Below, piece by piece: positions 1-12,600 of a stretch of DNA of 64,000 nucleotides. Every line of letters starts with the position of its first letter. Positions within the stretch are counted from its first letter, which is position 1. The stretch is from NCBI GenBank assembly GCA_051362555.1, contig CM120640.1:14570001-14634000 (forward strand), written 5' to 3'. The translations under genes were made by a program, and so were the position numbers. Below the pieces are notes generated by a model. It did not search any database. It saw only the letters and a list, made by a program, of their open reading frames with translations, and was not told the origin of the DNA. The stretch comes from Lingula anatina (Eukaryota; Animalia; Brachiopoda).

Positions 1-216
1 AGGTTTCTGTATAAGCGTGGAGAAATTTTAATTTTCTTTACACTTGACGTGTAGGCTGTTCTTGTGCCATGTTTTGCTGTACACTAGTTTTTGTTTTCCT
101 ATCTTCGTTCTCGCATGGACGCCTTCCTAAACTTGAGTCTGTTTTATTTGTGTTTCGAACAAATACTTTTCGCAAGCAACAAAGATCAGTTAACATTGTG
201 CAAAAGTTGTCTTTTT

Positions 217-290
217 AATAATAATAATAATAATATAATAATAATAATTTATTGAGCACTGAAATGTTTTTACATTTAGAGGCTCTCTAA
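217..290 (-). repeat. 3' tail of a non-LTR retroelement (copy 1)
   Basis: Reverse complement reads TAGAGAGCC..AAATGTA..CATTTCAGTGCTCAATAAA followed by (TTA)n. The same motif recurs at 2449-2620. Confidence 0.55.
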
Positions 291-2448
291 CTACTATACA
301 TTATACATACGAAAAGATAGTAATGATAGTAAGTAAATGAAAGAGAGAAAAAAAATTATACTTATATAATGTTACACAATATACATTCTCTTAATATGCA
401 GGTGAGATGCATCTTAACGACAGTATCCTATTTATTTTCACTACCTGTCTCTTTTAAGGGCAAAAGATGAAAATCAGCCTGAGTTGGTCAGCGAAATGCC
501 CATCTTATGAATCATACAGCAATAGTAGATACCTTTCAATGTTGATAACAGTTTGGTAAAATGACCAGTTATCACTAAATCAATATAGTATTGTACAGTA
601 CTGTGAACAGGCACATTTAATTATTCCCATTTCATTTGTCTTGGAAGAATACGAACCACACCTGTAAAATAAGTTCAAAACTTTGTGAACAACAGAGATA
701 CCGTGTAAAGAAAAAAACGAGCTTGAAGCAAGAAACAAATATGGATCAAGGAAAAGATCAGAAAGATGGTGATTGTTTGCCTGAGTTTAAACTAGGTTTA
801 GCTGCTTTGTTAATCTTGTTAATGAGATTTTACTAAGGGTTATTTGTCGCCTTATTAGTTCATATTGTCGTTTTCTCTTTTTGAGATTTTATCAATATTT
901 CTGCTTTAAAAATCAAAATATAGACAATAATGCAACGGATGCAAACTCGGCTTAGGTAATCTAGTAAAAATTAAAAAGTAAGACCTATCGAGGACGAATG
1001 TGTATTAAAACTCAATTTAGAGTTATAACCGTTGTGTGCTACAAATTTTAATGTGTTTTTCGCACCAAGATCACGCATAATCTTACTGTAGGATCGCTAA
1101 AATATTATTATGTTGATTGAAATCATATTTTATCGAACTCCGTACGTTCATTTTGACTCTGGCTAAGCCAATTAACATTACACGGCTACTGGTGCGCCTC
1201 ATCTTAAACGATCCGCAGTAAGACCCCGGGTACCTCAATCAATATTAGGCAAGTCTAGGATTAATTGTTGATTGGTAGCCCACGTTCCGCCTACCTTCGG
1301 ATTCTGATTAAATCGATAAGACTGACGCAGGTAGAGTAGATTGATGATCAGATAAATCCGTGAAAGGCACCAGAAGCTTAATTACTGAGTAGCCGTAGGT
1401 ACATGTACTTGACCGTTGACACCTGGACTTAATGATAGTTAGATAAGATCACCTTATTTGTCCAACGTGCGTTTCCGGGGGGGGGGGGGGGGGGGGTAAG
1501 TGAGTTTTTAATTTTTCACTCTGGCAATTTGTTGATTATCGTCCCTTTCTATGTTTCTGATCCCCTTATTCTTATAACAATAGGCTGTTCCAACAACAGC
1601 TGAAAACAAAGTAGAATATACCTGGTAATATACACCGATTTTAAGCTGTTGTTAGAAGAGGCAATTAGCTGCTGCGGAAGATATGGAAAAGCGTTCAAGT
1701 TGCACGTAAATTCTTGGATACCAGTACCTATGTCATTTAAACGCAAGTGTTAATTTTCCAGAAGCTCGTCCCTGTCCATCAAGTTACACAATCCCACAAA
1801 GCCGCCATTCATTAACACTTAATTAGTGATGAGTAACGACGAAGCTGTGAAGACGCGCCCAAGCAGGGTGCAAAGCAATCAAAAAAGGCGACGCAAACAA
1901 CTTTTTGTTTTCTTGTCATACCATACTCTAAATAAAGCGGAAACAGGACTGATCTTTTCAGTTTTGAGCGTGGGAAACTTATTTCAAATAACTAGAATGA
2001 AAGCTACTGAACGCAATTTCTGACGTAATATATATATATATATTGACTACAGTAAACTTAGAACATATAGATTACTTTAAAAAAACTTTAATTTGAAAAA
2101 ACGATACACCCATCAATAGCAATTGTCGTTTTTTCTGTGCTACTTCCCAGTAATCATTCCATAAGCCCAGAAAATGAGAAAGAATATTGCACGCTGTTGG
2201 TAAATACATCCAGAGGGCAATTTCGAAAAGAAATGAGCATCTGCCACACTGAAGTAGTCTCTTCCTGCTATATTATATGTACCATAAGCATGCCACATTA
2301 GATACATATAGCTATAAGCCTATAAAAGTAAAATGTGTGTTCTCCCAGTGTATTGACCTATTTACAATTGTAAAAAGTATTTTTAATCACTGTATTAGTA
2401 GTAATCCATAGTGATATCTATCTATTTATTTATTTATCTATTTGTAGT

Positions 2449-2620
2449 ATAGAGGGCTAACAAATGTAACTGTTACATTTAATGCTCGAATAAATTATTA
2501 TTATTATATTATAAGTATTTGTATAGTTTTGTATATTTGTTATAAAGTTATTATCATTAGAGTAGAGAGCCTGTAAAATGTAACTTGTACACATTTTAGT
2601 GCTCAATAAAGATTATTTAT
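2449..2620 (+). repeat. Two direct copies of the same non-LTR retroelement 3' tail
   Basis: TAGAGGGCTAACAAATGTAAC..TGCTCGAATAAATTATT and TAGAGAGCCTGTAAAATGTAAC..TGCTCAATAAAGATTATT. Confidence 0.55.
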
Positions 2621-4261
2621 ATTGAAAAAGCAAATACGATATAATCGATTCTGTCACATTTCCTGCAAAATATATTTCATTCGGAAGCGTGGCGCAAATC
2701 ATCGACGTCACAAACTCCATCATTAACGCCTGTTCATACTTTATCATAAGTTTACAATCGATTCCAGTTGTATTTTCCTACACTTCGTTTTACAAATGGT
2801 CCATCTTATTACGTCTTTGTGAAAATGTTTAGCGTCATTTCATTGACCCGCTAACAAATAACACCATTCTTTCATACACCTGCATAGATTACATCATTCG
2901 AAGATATGGCCACTCTAACTCATTCTCTTTTATTAATCGGTCGCAAGGGCATGGTGTGAGAACCCGAGAGAAAATTTTCAAATTAGCACTCTCTATTACA
3001 ATCTAATTATTCCTTTGGGCCTAGTAGGCTAACGAACCATGTTGTTTATGATGGTATTTTTATCTAAATATTTTGAGATAGGGATACCGTCATCTTATAC
3101 AAGGATAGTGTTTAATTTATCGATCTGAAACGTGTATAGTTATGTGTTAAGATCTCATGCAAGTCAAATTACAAGCAGTTTAATTTCATCTTATTACAAA
3201 AAGTAAGTATTTTCAAGACAATCAATACATTAGTCTTGATTATTTACTTTGTATCTCCTTCAGATGATCAAGAGGAACGATTAAGTCTCGAACAAAGGGC
3301 ACCGTTGGTGTGTTCTACTTTAGTCCTTTTGAAAAGACGGTGAAAGGTCCGAAGGATGTGGTCAAAAAAAAAAAAAAAAGCGGGAGGACTATGTTCACAC
3401 ATGTTGTATTATTGATTTAACACATTGATCAATTTTATTTTTTTTTAATTACTGAGATTGGTATTTAAGCGAATTATATACCCAACAACATAAATAACTT
3501 GGAAATTCGGGACAACTTTGAGGGAAAAGAGTAAACCAGCGATGTCTGTGGGAAACCAAAGATAGAGGGGTCCCTGAATGGCCCTGGCGTGGAAAGGAGG
3601 AAACTGTCACCCAGATAGAGAGTATTGTTACTGTGAGCCATCACAAAGGAGACTACAATGGAGATATACGAACACGGTTGATTCGTTCAAGGGCTTGTAC
3701 TTCTACATGGTGCAGTGTAGACAAACACGTGAATCGCCAGCATCTAACATGTGGAAACTTTTATTTTCTATAGATTCACGTGTTGACATACCTTTCGCTC
3801 AACCGTTTCGTTCACCCTTGAGAGTGAACTTAAGTTCAAATTCAATAACCTGATGAATAATTACGACACGATCATGTGCTCAGTCAACAAGAAATCACCT
3901 AGTGTTGTCCAAGTGACAGTCGAATTTACGATAGAGCGCATCGATTGAACAGGGAAATCTGCATGATTAAGATTACATGCATGAAAGTCTAGTCCATACT
4001 TTAAAATAATAACAGACTTAATTCTATATCAACTTTTGCTGTTTTTTTCCTGTAACTTTATCAACAGCAGCAAGAAAATGTAGCAGTCTTCTTTTCAGTC
4101 TGATTATCTTTTGCGTGGTTCTCCCCTGTGCTAATTACAGCGAGTGTACAGTCATGCACATAAGAAGTCTTGAAAAATACTCTTGAGAGCGAGGTAATAG
4201 TGTTTCAAGTACACCACTGTTTGAGACCATTCGTTTCGTAGATTTTAAGATTAAAAATAAT

Positions 4262-4309
4262 TTACCACAAGGCTGAAGGTGATGGGAAATACGACATATC
4301 CTTGGGAAC
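4262..4309 (-). CDS. APGWa: GWamide precursor, putative terminal exon 3 (VPKDMSYFPSPSALW* if the internal donor is used; otherwise 3' UTR)
   Basis: Strong acceptor TTTCTTTTATTTTTTCCAG| at 4310. The phase-0 frame is open for 15 codons to TAA. Confidence 0.5.
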   Translation of the reverse strand, partial: VPKDMSYFPSPSALW

Positions 4310-5359
4310 CTGGAAAAAATAAAAGAAATTTGAGGAAGCACAACATTTTGCTCCCATTCTTGATAACGCTACTATTAATTTAGTTTGTCGAGTTTTGATT
4401 ATAGCTTTCTTAATATTCACAAATATCTAATTAAAGGAAATAAGGATCAAGCTGGTGATGTAGGGCCTACTGCCAATTGCATATAGATTGCCGCTAGAAG
4501 GAAGATTGGATTCACCAGAAGTTAAAAAAAGATAACAATCATAAGATGTTATACAGGTAGGTCTAATTATCAGACCAAACATAAAAATTGAAACGAAATA
4601 TTGAGGCCTAACTCCCACGCGCTAATCTTTTACCCAACCCGTGCAATCCCGTCCACTGTATTCTGTTCTGTCCAGTTAACTTAGAAATGAGGTAAGCTGG
4701 TGACGTGACAATGACAATGAAAACTTTAAATTTTTCATGCAAAATGACCAGATACAATTTAGACAGTAAAAACGTACACAGAATGATGTGGAGGAGAAGT
4801 AAATCTGATACAGACGAGATGGATTGAAAAGTTTTATATAGCATATTCTTTTTTATGTTAAATTAATAGGTAATTTTATTTTAAAGAGCTTTTATGAATT
4901 TCAACTGTATTTTCTCAGGTTTTACCCTCTCATAAGCCTCAGTAGGGTGGGTTTTATTTTTAAACGTGAGACGTAAATAAAACCATTATTATTATTATTA
5001 GTTAGAGGGAGTCCCATGTGACACATTGATTTGTTCAGGTAAGTGCCATTCTAGATTTTGACTATTACTTCACGCTATCCCAAATCTGTATGAATGGTGG
5101 ACTCTCTGTGAATTGGAACCTCAGTTTATTTTAAAACACCGGGAGAAAAGTGACCACCAGATGGCACCACGATAGTAGTCATGTAGAATTGGAGCCTCGT
5201 ATTCGTTTCTTGTGGAATAGCATTGAAAATAAGGGTCGCAAGCAAGTGTTTCCTTCCTAAAGCACGACTTAAAATAATTAAACTTGGCATTAAATTTTGA
5301 TTGTAACGCACAAAAACATTGTATTGGTTCACGATTGTCTTGTTGTAACTTACCTGTTT

Positions 5360-5446
5360 TTAGTCTATTAACAAGCTCATTCGTACTTGGGCAAGCATTT
5401 TACTAATAACTTCCCTCTCTAAATCACACGATTCATAGGTCAATAT
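5360..5446 (-). CDS. APGWa: GWamide precursor, coding exon 2 (ILTYESCDLEREVISKMLAQVRMSLLID*)
   Basis: Acceptor TTATTTTTTTCCAG| at 5447. The phase-0 frame is open and supplies a second Cys. Strong donor CAG|GTAAGT at 5354/5353 just after the stop, and a weaker internal donor CAA|GTACGA at 5387/5386. Confidence 0.75.
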   Translation of the reverse strand: MLTYESCDLEREVISKMLAQVRMSLLID

Positions 5447-6627
5447 CTGGAAAAAAATAAACAGGGGATCAGTTCATACGATTGTAGTGAGTTTCTACAA
5501 GTTTGAGGTTTTGTCGTAGAATTATATCCTGCATTGATATGCACTGACTGAGATATTCGTATTATGGAAGGTAAGATATATGAAAGGTACATGTATGTGC
5601 TCCACTATGGCCTCCACTGTAACTTCCCCCAAGCCCCCCCCCCCCGACCTGCCCAACTAACCACAATAGCCTGCCTCTGGGCATAATGTCAGCCTAACCC
5701 TTTTTCGCCTGGCAACGCCACATTCATCCCAATTAATGCGAAGTTTACAAAGCGTGGCGGGAAATAGAACGTTCTATGCTGGGAATGAACTTAAATGTAT
5801 GCTATCCGGTATGTATCCGAAAATCGAATTTTTAAAATTTTAAAAGCAATTTTATATTTCTCAAGATTTCTTGCTTGACCCGCCCCTAAAGTTTGATTTT
5901 TTATCAATTCTAATCTAGTAATTCAGCTCTTAACGCCTTACTTACAAATAAGACAGCTCTATCTTTCTGCACATTTCAAAAGGAAATATCATCGACACAA
6001 GATACTTTGAGGGGTTTTATCTTTCCAACTTCAACCTTAAAAACGATAAGTAACTTTGAAGGGTATGTAGGCATTAAAATATGACTTTGAGAAATTTTCA
6101 AGCACTTACAGTATACTCTTTTAAAGGTGACCGGTGTAAATCGTATAAAATTTGAAAGGTTCTTCAAAGAGAGAGAAAATGAGGAAACTATTTTTGCATT
6201 GTAAACTCTCTTTAAAAAAACATAAAATACAAAATAAATATACACAAATAATCTATGTACTACGAAAAGAAAGAAAGGAAGAAAACGCCACTAAACTGTA
6301 CACAGTGCTAATGGCAATATAAATGAAAAAAAAATAAATATCTAGATATCCCAAAATAGGGCCTACTGATACGGGTTAATTAGTGAAAGAATTATCGCAG
6401 TAGAACGCGGGGACGGATAAATTGATTCTTAACGTTCACCTTATAGTCTATTAACAAGAACTTACGTGAGGTTAGGACGCCTGCCTACCGATGAAGTGTG
6501 ATGGAACGGCACTGACTATCGATAAGTGCCACCATGGGGATAAATTAAGGCTTGAGGTGTTCAAACGCCAAGTAGTCGATTGTGAATCGGGAACCGGTAT
6601 ACATGTATCCCTGACAGTGTGGTACAA

Positions 6628-6914
6628 CAGTGGTCGCATTCAGAACAGATGATCCTCGGATCTACTGATCCGCAGATCAAATATGGCGGGCCCTACATAA
6701 AAGCAAGACCGCCTAATCCTTTAATGGTTTCCCAGCCTTCACACGGATTAAATTTCGCCTTCGAGGTGTAATTGCTAGGCCCTTGCAGGGAAGGCGCATG
6801 TGAAGGCAGGGGGATCTTTAAAGGATTATTTGGTATTGTTTTTTGGTAGGGTCGTCCATATTTAGTTTGCGTATCAGAAAGACCGCGGGTCATCTGTTGT
6901 GAATGCGACCACTG
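6628..6914. mobile_element. MITE-like element with about 60-bp imperfect TIRs in intron 1 of the GWamide gene
   Basis: CAGTGGTCGCATTCAGAACAGATGA... pairs with ...TCATCTGTTGTGAATGCGACCACTG. An extra partial inverted copy lies at about 6970-7000. No clear TSD. Confidence 0.65.
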
Positions 6915-8089
6915 AGCGGGGCATCTATTCAGTGTCTAATCGGGAATTAAGCGGAAAGCTTTTTAGTGAGTCGCCATATTTGATCGCGGATGAGTTAATC
7001 CGCTGTGTCTTGACCAAACACATTCTTATCCACACATTTCGTTCATAGTTGACATGGATTTATGTCTATGGTGATAAGGAAGATGTTATGTACTAATTTA
7101 CTGCGCAAAGTAGACATGACGTTAATGGCTTTAACTTTCCATGAAAACAACTTCGCTGAGAGCCATCCATGACCTCATACTCAGTCGATCGGGACACCGT
7201 TCTCCATTAAAATTAGTCATAAGTCGCCAATTTACAATCGGTTTTGACATTTTCGTACGAATTCCTATTTAAAAAGAATCTAAAACATGGATATCAGCCT
7301 GTCCCAGAGTGTATCCTGTAAGAGTGAATTATTCCTCCCTAGATAAAGATGCGCACATATGAGCAAAAATATAAGTTTTTTTTTTATAGTTTGACGTCAT
7401 TGTCGGGAGACCGTCACAGGTCCTTGAGGGAGTCAACCAAAATGGAGAGAAGTGTCTGCTACTGAGCAGACGACTCCCTGATTACTGTGATGTTTGATGA
7501 AAGGTCAGGAATGGAGATCACATAATGGGCCCAAAATGCGAGATATGGGAAAGGATTTCGGCCATGGAAAGGCGGGAAGAAGACATCGATCTGCGAATGA
7601 AAATCAACAAAACTCGTCGAAATTCGGTAGACCTTCTTTGACATCGAAAAGTTTTTGAACCTTTTACCGTAAAAAATGCAAGAAGCAATATTTCCAAATA
7701 TCACCGAAATGAATTCTCAACCTAAACAAATTAAACAAAATCTATAGTGAAGGTAATATGTAAAATTAATGGACTGATTGGAAAATTTCATCGTAAAATG
7801 AGACAAGAAGATTTGCGAAGAAGGCCGTGTCTTGATTTTGAAATTCCAAGTAAACATTGAATACTGTGCTTCTACCGAAACCTGTTGCATTATTATCATC
7901 TTTACACGCAACATGCTTATTTAAAGTTGAGGTGATATACATCTTTCATTCTACACATTTAAAGGCAATGGCATCCGTGCAAAAGTCATAGAAGTAGAGT
8001 ACAGCAATTTTATGAAATTATAGAAGTAAAACGTTTTTGAGTGAAGCTATCGGTTAAACATTTCTTAGTAAAAGTGAATTTTTCCTCAC

Positions 8090-8767
8090 CTTCACAAACA
8101 TGTCCAGCATCCGAGAGAATGCTTCTATATTGTTTTGACACTGTGCTGATTTGTCCCTTATGTCCGTGGACTCTTTATTTGAAACTGGAGAAGATAAGTC
8201 TGTTGCTGATGCGGAGGAATTTCCTGGGAGAAAACGCCTGTTGTAGTCCATCTGAGGGGCGTCCTCTACATCTGCGACATCGTCACTTTTGAGAATACGT
8301 TTTCCCCAGCCTAAGCCTTTTTTTAACTCCGGGACCAAAATTTGATTACGTTTTCCCCACCCTGCTGGTGCTCTTTCTCGCTTCCCCCACCCCATAGCGC
8401 GTCGGACCGGGGACTCATTGAAAAAAGAGCGTTTACCCCATCCCATCGCTCGTTTCACCTCTTCCAGGTCGAGAGTAGTGGATCTTTTGCCCCACCCTCG
8501 TTTGTCCATCGTGCTTGCCATGTCACTGCCGGAGAAGCGTTTTCCCCAGCCACGATTTGGCCGATCCATATCATCGCCGTTATTGCCAGGAGGATTTTGA
8601 GACAGTGAATCGACAGCCGAAAGCAGGTACGAAATATCGCTCACTTGTGGCTCGCTGCGTTTTCCCCATCCCATTCTTCTTCTATATCTGTCGCCGCCTT
8701 GCACATAGCAAGATGAGAAGAGAAGTGAGTATACAAGCAGTTCGACTATTACCAAAAACGACTTCAT
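8090..8767 (-). CDS. APGWa: GWamide (APGWamide/RGWamide-family) neuropeptide precursor, coding exon 1 (226 codons)
   Basis: Signal peptide MKSFLVIVELLVYSLLFSSCYVQG, then seven GW-G-KR amidation/cleavage units (MGW, ..NRGW, GW, AMGW x2, APAGW, GLGW) with spacers. Ends ...CQNNIEAFSRMLDMFVK at donor AAG|GTGAGG (intron starts at 8089, phase 0). Confidence 0.92.
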
Positions 8768-8792
8768 TTTTCCTCACTGGTGGTGGAGATCT

Positions 8793-8890
8793 AACTGGCT
8801 ACAGTCGAGGTATGTTACGGAATTTATATTCTCTCGTTGCCATCAGTGTCAACCCACTGCCAGTCCACGCCGCACGCTATGGTTGCGTCA
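8793..8890 (-). promoter_or_regulatory. Core promoter of the GWamide precursor gene (TATA + Inr-like + CRE-like site)
   Basis: TATAAA at 8828-8823, Inr-like CCAGTT with its A at 8796 (32 nt downstream), TGACGCAA at 8890-8883, ATG at 8767. Confidence 0.6.
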
Positions 8891-9543
8891 GTCTTCAACG
8901 GGTCTTTGGCAGAGGAGAGTGTATTCAAAATCGGTGACTGACAACATTTGTTGGTGCCAAAATTAATCTCAAAAAAGTTCGATTGCAATTACAAGCAGCG
9001 TAATTATCTCTCAGAGGACTTGGTAATTAAAATTGGAACTTCTTAACGTGGTGCCTGTCATAGTTGTAAGTGTGCGAGATTAAATATTGATAGGTTGGTT
9101 GAACGGGAAATTAGAAAACGCCTGCAGACGCTTAAGACGAAAAATATTCCTGAAGGCGATGACTATAGAACGAAACATATCTTCATTGAGTTAACGCGTT
9201 TGGGAAAATATTAATAAGAAGCTTTATTGTTGAAGGGCATGAAAGTTTTAGCGGGCCATTGAAATTGAAAGAAAAACTATCTATTAGCTTGAATATTTTT
9301 TAACGAGAACAGACAAAAATGGCTTGCCTTTTAGAACGCTGCAGGTGCAAATAAAAAAATTGGTAGCATATTGCGTCACACTGTTTTTTTTTGTCAGAAT
9401 TTAGTGCTATTGAATGTATCACATTTTGTAATAGGCTACATTTTCAGGTTTAGATTAAACATTCCAAAACTGAAAGTGCAACTGAAGAAGAAGAAGAAAA
9501 AGAAAGAAGAATAACAAAGAAGGAGTAGAAATGAATTATTTTC

Positions 9544-9583
9544 ATTATTATTATTATTATTATTATTATCATAAATGTTATTG

Positions 9584-9622
<39 letters not shown>

Positions 9623-9624
9623 TT
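9544..9624. repeat. (TTA)n/(TTTA)n microsatellite
   Basis: Direct reading. Confidence 0.9.
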
Positions 9625-12600
9625 CAGGGGTGGATTTAGGCCGTCTTCTGAGTCTTCCGGAACACGGTAAGATTTTCAAGTTTACATTGACGGGTATCTA
9701 ATTTTTTTCTGTCGGAAGACGGTCAAAAAATGGAGGATGGATCAACAAATATAATATGGAAGACTGTCAGAAAATATTTATTTATTTACAGAACGGGCCG
9801 TGAAAAAACCGTGAAAAAATTAGGCGCATGATTTGAATGATGAAATGTTGAGGCATAAACTTGAAAACAATGCAAAACATTCGTGGGTGAAGATAGGTGC
9901 TTTGATTATATCATCTAAAATTTATCACTCAATCAAAGTGACGTTCCAGGGTTCAGGCGTAGGCCGGAGATGACCCGCGTCCCTTAATTCTTGAAGCACT
10001 TTATCACGTGGGTTCCTCCCGATTGACTTCCCCAACAAGAGTAGGTATGCCTTTTTTTCTCCTTCTGTGAGGTCCATTACAGTTATTTATTTCAGTTTCC
10101 CCTTTTTTTTCAAAACGTCCCCCGAAATAGAAATTAGTATTGGAGACTTACGTGGTAAGCCCACGGTGTGCACAAAGCACGTCAAGACGGAATGTGCTAT
10201 CTTTCAATATTTCAAGAAAGGAACACGTTGATTAAAAGCTAGATATCTTGTATAGCAGAATATTGCTCAAAAGAGAAAGGGAATATCATTGAACATCATT
10301 GAACATCATTGATATCACTATTTCAGTGACTAAAGGGATACATTGAAACACAGAATCCCGACTGCATTTTCCCTGATTCACTATTATTTGGTACCTTAAA
10401 GTACAATAAAAATGCTTCATTGCGTAAATCTATAACTGGGATTACGCTACTGCGCATATTTTTGTACCCTTTGTGGCCAAGTGCATTACGTGTATGTAAA
10501 AACGCAGTTACTATCTTGATGGCCAACACGCTGTTGCTGTTTTTTTTTTGGCTATGCCTTGCTGCTGACCTTATTCGATTGATTACCTATATTTGTAATT
10601 AGAGACACCATATTTGTTAGACCGAGGCCGTATTAAGAGACGCTGGATGAGTGTCTTCGACAAAATGCCAAGCCATAGATCTACAGTGTCTAAATGTTCC
10701 CATATTAGTTAATTGCGGTACTTATACAATCGTTAAATTCATGGATAGGTATATTAGCTTAAATAAAAAGTTTATGGCCTAATCAAAACCATAACAAATT
10801 AAAAACAGCGACTCAAGTTACAGGATCCTATTAGTATTTACACTTAAAAGAGCATTTTTAAAGGCGTGTTTGAACTGACGGCCCTGGACCATTAGATTGC
10901 TGAACATGGGCTTCTAGTGCTGAGGCACCACGAAACTTCTTTGCTATTGGGTGACGTAAACTACAAATGATTTGTCTTAGTGCCGACCCTCTTGGCTTGA
11001 GTACAAATGGATTCCACTACTACATATTCTTCCCCTAGGCTAGAATATAAATGGTTACGTGCATTGATTGAAGACTGGTTTTGCGAGAAAATGTATTTTT
11101 AAACAGATTTCGTAATTTCATTTCTCAAAAAATGTCACGTGCCTTTAGAGACAGGACGAATCATCCGTAAAGGAGATGAGGACAATTTTAGGACTACAAA
11201 AATCCAACGAACAAACACCACTTTTTTTATTATCCTTGCTTAGAGATCTGGGGATCCGTCTCTAGAGAATAAGGATTGCCTACTAATAAGCCCAGTCAAT
11301 ATTTTCTCGACTCGACACTGTAGCCACCTTTTACTTTCAATCTTACTGCTTTTTTGCATCATAACCAAATTATTTGTTATTCCTCAAGGACTACATTTAC
11401 CAGAAAGAATGCCAGTAATAAAAACTATGGGAATATAGAAATGAAATCGTTGCATTAAAATAAGTATAGGCGAGATAAACGATATTGCCAAAGTAGTATA
11501 ACGCCTGGCACCAACACGGCCATCCCCAGGGAACCCGCACTGACGTTTATCGTGTTCTTCCCACTTGCGGAACAAACAAAACGTTTCTATTTAAAGAAAA
11601 ACATGGACATTTTGTTATATTTTTAGCGTATTTCACCATGTTTCGCAATACGTTTGATCGCAAAATTAGGTTTGAACGCGGAGCAGTTGTTTTACGCTTC
11701 TCATTTGGAGCATCCTTTCCCTTGCGTCATTTTAGTCAAAGTTGATTGGAAATGACCTTTAAAGTGCACGTGTTAATTGTGGAAAATTGACAATTAGCTG
11801 TTTTGTTTCTTTCCCCCAAGCAGTGGTTGATGTTTTTAAAGTTAAAAATTCATTTAACATAAAATATCCATCTATGTATAACTTGTGTATCATGTACGTC
11901 ATGTAACATCTATCTCTCTACACTGCCCACCAAATCTAACCTGAGGCCAACTTAGGCTTTTAATTGAATACACTAATGAACCCTGGATAACAAGAAAAGG
12001 GAGGGGTATTGATTCCTGGAGAACGGTTTTCGTAGAAACAGCGCAGAATGCGATCCTAGATTTTTCGCACAACAAAGAATGCGAAACCAAAGCTTGACTA
12101 ATTCTTCTCTCCTTGTTGCAGTCATAATACATTGGTGCAGATGCCTGTGTGGAGTGCCACGCGACTGATTATGCCTTGCCACACGCACTCACTTCTATAT
12201 TGCTACCTACGATGCATAGTGCAACATATCCATTTTTTTTCTGACACGCTATAGAATCCCTTAGAACAAATAAAATGATGTCAGGACACCTCAGTTAATA
12301 TGCTTGGATGCAAATGCGTGCACTTACGAACCCCAAGTGTTTTGCTATAGGCCAAAAGCCAAAAGAAGTTAAAATATCACAGAACCTACTAGTATTGTGT
12401 TATTCCGCACCTTGGCTGTAACAGTGCCTTTCCCTTTTGTATCAGAAGCATTCACTTTTAGTCGAATGAATGCATTTTGTATACATAAGACAAAATAAGG
12501 TCATAACTCAAAGTTATTGTGCTGTTACAAGGCATTCACCTTTCGACTTCTTATCAAAATTCTCAACTGACCAGTGTCATTTATTGACAGGAAGAGAATT

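Noticed and set aside
8041-8937. Several + strand ORFs overlapping the GWamide exon
   Set aside because: Antisense shadows of GC-richer coding DNA with no recognisable protein features.
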